NCBI GenBank assembly: GCA_018714825.1
Contig: DVMU01000205.1
Location: 1-57,502, forward strand
Length of the DNA: 57,502 nucleotides
Source of the DNA: Candidatus Pullichristensenella excrementigallinarum
Lineage (GTDB): Bacteria > Bacillota > Clostridia > Christensenellales > Aristaeellaceae
Direction: 5' to 3'
Shown here: piece after piece, positions 54,118 through 57,502 of the stretch
Layout: each line of letters begins with the position of its first letter
How positions within the stretch are numbered: position 1 is the stretch's first letter
Notes under the pieces: model-generated
What the model saw: only the letters and a program-made list of their open reading frames with translations
What the model was told of the DNA's origin: nothing
Databases searched by the model: none
Made by a program: the position numbers and the translations under genes

Positions 54118-54259
54118 TGGATTTTCCCCCGTTGACAGGCGTGTATAATAAAGGGAGGAAACTCGTTTTTCTCTTTTGCGACAAGGGCGCTTCATCTGCC
54201 CAGCGCAACCATCTGATCGGACGCGCCGCTTCTTCGGCGCATATAAGGAGGAATCGCAA

Positions 54260-54976
54260 ATGCTGGAAACCCTTCGGGAAAAGACTGTCCTTCTCACCGG
54301 CGCGGGCGGGGGAATCGGTCGTGCCACGGCCATCCGCCTGCACAAAGAGGGCGTTCGCCTCGCCTTGTGTGGACGCAACCCGGAAAAGCTGGAACAGACC
54401 GCGCGCCTCGTCGGTGGTGGTACGCTTCTGCTTCCGGGAGATCTTCTGGAAATGGAGTATCTGGATCAGTGTGTGCAGAAAACCGTCGAAGCCTTTGGCG
54501 GCATCGATGTGCTGATCAACAACGCGGGAATCGCGCAATCCTCTCCCTTTTCCGAAATCACTCCTGAAGAATTTGACCGCGTGCTCGCAACCAATCTGCG
54601 CGCACCCTTTTTCCTCACGCAAAAAGCCCTCCCCTATCTCAAGGCTTCGCGGGGCGCGGTGATCAACATCGGTTCCGTCGTCTCGCACAAGGGATATCCC
54701 CTTCAGAGCGCCTATGCCGCTTCCAAGCACGGCATCCTTGGTTTTTCCAAATCGCTTGCCAACGAACTCTATGAAGAGGGCGTGCGCGTGCATGTGCTCA
54801 GCCCGGGCGGTGTCTATACCGATATGGTTCGCGTCGCGCGTCCCGATCTCGCGCCCGACGGGATGATCCAGCCCGAAGACATCGCGGAATGGATCGCCTT
54901 CCTGCTCAAGAGCCGCTGCAACGCCGTCGTCGATGAGGTGCAGTTGCACCGCGTCAACAAGGCGCCCTTTGCCTGA
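54260..54976 (+). CDS. SDR-family oxidoreductase
   Basis: TVLLTGAGGGIGRATA, NNAGI, and catalytic YAASKHG. ATG 54260 follows AAGGAGG; the ORF-track start at 54176 lacks an RBS. Confidence 0.9.
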   Translation: MLETLREKTVLLTGAGGGIGRATAIRLHKEGVRLALCGRNPEKLEQTARLVGGGTLLLPGDLLEMEYLDQCVQKTVEAFGGIDVLINNAGIAQSSPFSEITPEEFDRVLATNLRAPFFLTQKALPYLKASRGAVINIGSVVSHKGYPLQSAYAASKHGILGFSKSLANELYEEGVRVHVLSPGGVYTDMVRVARPDLAPDGMIQPEDIAEWIAFLLKSRCNAVVDEVQLHRVNKAPFA

Positions 54977-55083
54977 TGCCGGCTGCCTGAAGGTTTACCG
55001 CTCTCTTTTGCGTAGATGCAAACCGGAAGGCAAGACTTTACACAAACCTAGACGGACGCTGTTTATACGCGCAACTACGACGC

Positions 55084-55122
55084 AAAAAGACCGTTTTCCC
55101 AATCGGGAAAGCGGCCTTTTTG
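55084..55122. terminator. bidirectional terminator between convergent SDR and acyl-CoA synthetase genes
   Basis: GACCGTTTTCCC-AATC-GGGAAAGCGGCC forms an imperfect 12-bp stem. It is flanked by AAAAA and TTTTT. Confidence 0.65.
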
Positions 55123-55185
55123 CGGTTGTGGGCTTTTTCGATAATCTGGGTAGAGCGCCCGATCAACGACGCTCCGCAATCCTGA

Positions 55186-56853
55186 TTATTGCTTTTCCCG
55201 GATCCCCTGTTCATCCTGTTTGCGCAATTTGGCGCGCTGGATCTTTCCGGAGATCGTCTTGGGGAGTTCGTCCACAAACTCAATGATACGGGGATACTTG
55301 TACGGCGCGGTGACGCGCTTGACATGGTTTTGCAATTCCTTCTTGAGCGCTTCGGAAGGCTCATAGCCCTTTGTGAGCATGACCGTCGCCTTGACGACCT
55401 GCCCGCGATCAGGATCGGGCACGCCGGTGATGGCGCATTCGATAACCGCCGGATGGCTGATCAGCGCGCTCTCCACTTCAAACGGACCGATGCGGTAGCC
55501 GGAGGATTTGATCACATCGTCCGCACGACCAATGAAGTGATAGTATCCCTGCTCATCCTTCCAAACCATATCGCCGGTATGGTACATACCCTGGCGGAAG
55601 ACCTTTTCCGTCGCCTCCGGATCGCGATAATATCCCATGCACAGGCCTGCCGGACGTCCCTCTCGCACATCCACGCACAGTTCTCCCTCTTCGCCCGCTT
55701 CTACGTCGCGGCCCTCCCGATCCACCACATGGATCTGATAATGCGGAGAGGGAACTCCCGTCGAACCCGGGCGCGGCTCCATCCACTTGTGCGTAAGCAA
55801 AAGGGGCGTAGTTTCGGTCTGCCCAAAGGCCTCATGGATCTTCACTCCCGTCATGCGGCGGAATTGATTGAAAACCTCCGGATTGAGCGGCTCGCCCGCG
55901 CAGGTCGCCCACTTCAGCGCCGAAAGATCATATTTCTCCATATCCTCCTTGATCAGGAAGCGGTAGATCGTCGGCGGCGCGCAAAAGGAGGTAATGCGAT
56001 ACTTTTCCAGCATTTCCAGCATCTTCCGTGCGTTGAACTTGTCAAAGTCGTAAATAAAGTTGACCGCCCCGGCAATCCACTGGCCATAGAATTTTCCCCA
56101 GCCGCACTTGGCCCAGCCGGAATCCGCCGTGGTCAGGTGGATGGATTGATCCGTCAAATTGTGCCAAAACGCGCCGGTTATCAGGTGCCCCAGCCCATAC
56201 CGATAATCGTGCGCCACCATCTTGGGCATCCCGGTAGTGCCGGAAGTAAAGTAGAGGAGCATTATGTCCTCTTCCTCGGGCGTATAGCAATCCTCCATCT
56301 CTTCGGAAGCGGAGCGCAGAAGCGCGTCGAAATCCAGGAAACCCTCGCGCGGTCCTCCCAGGCAGGCCACGCACTTGAGTTCGGGGCACTTCTCTTTAGA
56401 AAGCAGCACATGTTGCGCAAGCTCTTCCTCGCCCACGCAGAGAATCGCCTTGGCGGACGCGGCCTGCACGCGATAGGTAATGTCCTTTTCCTGCAATTGA
56501 TGCGTCGCGGGAATCTGAATTGCTCCCAGCCGCATCAATCCCAGGGCCACCAACCAGTATTCATACCGCCTCTTGAGCATCAGAAGCACGGGATCGCCCC
56601 GCCCGATTCCCATGGCGCGAAGCGCGTTCGCCGCCTTCTTGGAAAGCAGGCTCATATCCCGAAAAGTAAATTTCCTCTCGTCCCCATGCTCGTTGGTCCA
56701 GATCATGGCCAACTGCGCGGGCACCAGAGAGGCGTATTCGTCCATTACGTCCCGAACAAAATTGAATCCCTTGGGCACCGTATACGAGTAGTTCTTCAAA
56801 AAATCCTCGCCGGAAAGGTAATCCGGCTTTGTAAAACGGGAAAGCAGATTCAT
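55186..56853 (-). CDS. AMP-forming acyl-CoA synthetase (medium-chain/acetyl-CoA-synthetase-like)
   Basis: 555 aa. YFTSGTTGMPKM, AFGQTET, YHTGDMV, IGRADDVIKSSGYRIGPFEVE, TISGKIQR. Confidence 0.9.
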   Translation of the reverse strand: MNLLSRFTKPDYLSGEDFLKNYSYTVPKGFNFVRDVMDEYASLVPAQLAMIWTNEHGDERKFTFRDMSLLSKKAANALRAMGIGRGDPVLLMLKRRYEYWLVALGLMRLGAIQIPATHQLQEKDITYRVQAASAKAILCVGEEELAQHVLLSKEKCPELKCVACLGGPREGFLDFDALLRSASEEMEDCYTPEEEDIMLLYFTSGTTGMPKMVAHDYRYGLGHLITGAFWHNLTDQSIHLTTADSGWAKCGWGKFYGQWIAGAVNFIYDFDKFNARKMLEMLEKYRITSFCAPPTIYRFLIKEDMEKYDLSALKWATCAGEPLNPEVFNQFRRMTGVKIHEAFGQTETTPLLLTHKWMEPRPGSTGVPSPHYQIHVVDREGRDVEAGEEGELCVDVREGRPAGLCMGYYRDPEATEKVFRQGMYHTGDMVWKDEQGYYHFIGRADDVIKSSGYRIGPFEVESALISHPAVIECAITGVPDPDRGQVVKATVMLTKGYEPSEALKKELQNHVKRVTAPYKYPRIIEFVDELPKTISGKIQRAKLRKQDEQGIREKQ

Positions 56854-56871
56854 ATTTTTCCTCCGTATTGC

Positions 56872-57426
56872 CTACGGAATCACCATCGCCAGGAACACGC
56901 AGGCCTTATCTCCCACCGCCTGCATCGCGTGCGGATGAATGGAATCATAATAGGCGCTGTCGCCTTCGTTCATGACCATTTCCTGTTCGCCGACTTTGAG
57001 CCGCATGGTTCCTTGCAGCACATAGTCGAATTCATGTCCTTCGTGGCTGTTGGTCTGCATATCGCGATTTGCGCCCGGTTCCACGGTCACAAGCAGCGGC
57101 TCAATCTTGCGATGATTGAAGTTGTAGGCGAGATTTTTGTAGATATAGTGACTCGCGCGCTTGATGGGCGTTCCCATATTTTTGCGCGTGAGCGCGCACA
57201 CGCTCAGGCGCGGCGCCTCGCCGGTCAGGATGGTCGTGGTGTCCACATTGTAGAACTCCGACAACTTAATCAGCAAACTGATCGGCATATCGACACGGCC
57301 GCTCTCGTAAGATTCGTATTCCTCTTCGGGAAGACCGACTTGCGAGGCGACCTCGGCAACCGTGAGGTCCGAGATCTCGCGCAACTCCCTGACCCGGAGC
57401 GCAATCTGCTTGACCTGATCGGACAC
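56872..57426 (-). CDS. XRE-family HTH + cupin domain transcriptional regulator
   Basis: HTH IALRVRELREISDLTVAEVASQVGLPEEEYESYESG, and a C-terminal cupin with HEGHEFDYVLQG..YYDSIHPH. I prefer GTG 57426, 6 nt after AAGGAGGG. The ORF-track start is 57486. Confidence 0.85.
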   Translation of the reverse strand: MSDQVKQIALRVRELREISDLTVAEVASQVGLPEEEYESYESGRVDMPISLLIKLSEFYNVDTTTILTGEAPRLSVCALTRKNMGTPIKRASHYIYKNLAYNFNHRKIEPLLVTVEPGANRDMQTNSHEGHEFDYVLQGTMRLKVGEQEMVMNEGDSAYYDSIHPHAMQAVGDKACVFLAMVIP

Positions 57427-57457
57427 TTGAATCCCTCCTTTAGAATATATTGATTTT

Positions 57458-57486
57458 AGTATACCGTTCCCCGTCCCTGAAAGCAA
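57458..57486 (-). promoter_or_regulatory. sigma-A type promoter of the XRE-cupin / acyl-CoA synthetase operon
   Basis: Minus strand reads TTGCTT - 17 nt - TATACT. Confidence 0.55.
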
Positions 57487-57502
57487 GAGTGTGAGGTTAA
57501 TT

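Noticed and set aside
54132-54149. TTGACA and TATAAT hexamers on the plus strand upstream of the SDR gene.
   Set aside because: They are only 6 nt apart, so they cannot act as a -35/-10 pair. TATAAT alone lacks a TG extension or a usable -35. I left the SDR promoter unassigned.

Overview
This is a 57.5-kb high-GC chromosomal core segment from an endospore-forming Firmicute, probably a Clostridia-type organism. The gene order mirrors the Bacillus subtilis spoIIIA-nusB-folD-xseAB-ispA-dxs-tlyA-ahrC-recN region. I can support 61 protein-coding genes; they are tightly packed and often translationally coupled.

Gene content from left to right:
- a DeoC-like aldolase
- a stand-alone pyrR-pyrP operon with a PyrR-type attenuator
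- a DegV protein
- a TIM-barrel::acyl-CoA-ligase fusion gene
- zapA, a U32 peptidase and mutS2
- an OmpR-type regulator, a histidine kinase and an HtrA protease
- a ~16.4-kb minus-strand array: spoIIIAA-AH, asp23, amaP-like, nusB, TsaD-like, folD, xseA, xseB, ispA, dxs, tlyA, nadK, argR, recN
- an ECF S component
- glgB
- an rseC-like gene plus trxA
- rnj, a ylbF-like gene and mltG
- an uninterrupted sigK
- a divergent dprA-like gene
- a YugP-type Zn peptidase with a trailing mini-ORF
- an orphan 288-aa protein
- a second DegV directly downstream of a pneumococcus-type fatty-acid synthesis cluster (fabT-fabH-acpP-fabK-fabD-fabG-fabF-accB-fabZ-accC-accD-accA)
- a DUF2975 membrane protein
- an SDR
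- an XRE-cupin regulator plus an acyl-CoA synthetase

I saw no rRNA, tRNA, CRISPR array, transposase, integrase or recognisable defence island. The many very long ORFs opposite real genes are codon-aligned antisense shadows of GC3-rich genes.

I cannot point to a clear novel multi-gene system. The items most worth follow-up are:
- the TIM-barrel/adenylating-enzyme fusion (4153-6666)
- a miniaturised SpoIIIAF (58 codons, missing from the ORF track) next to a short SpoIIIAG
- a perfect 21-bp palindromic operator overlapping a near-consensus promoter in front of the fabT-like regulator
- the domain-less 288-aa ORF at 42104-42970

All homology statements come from reading motifs by eye, not from database searches.
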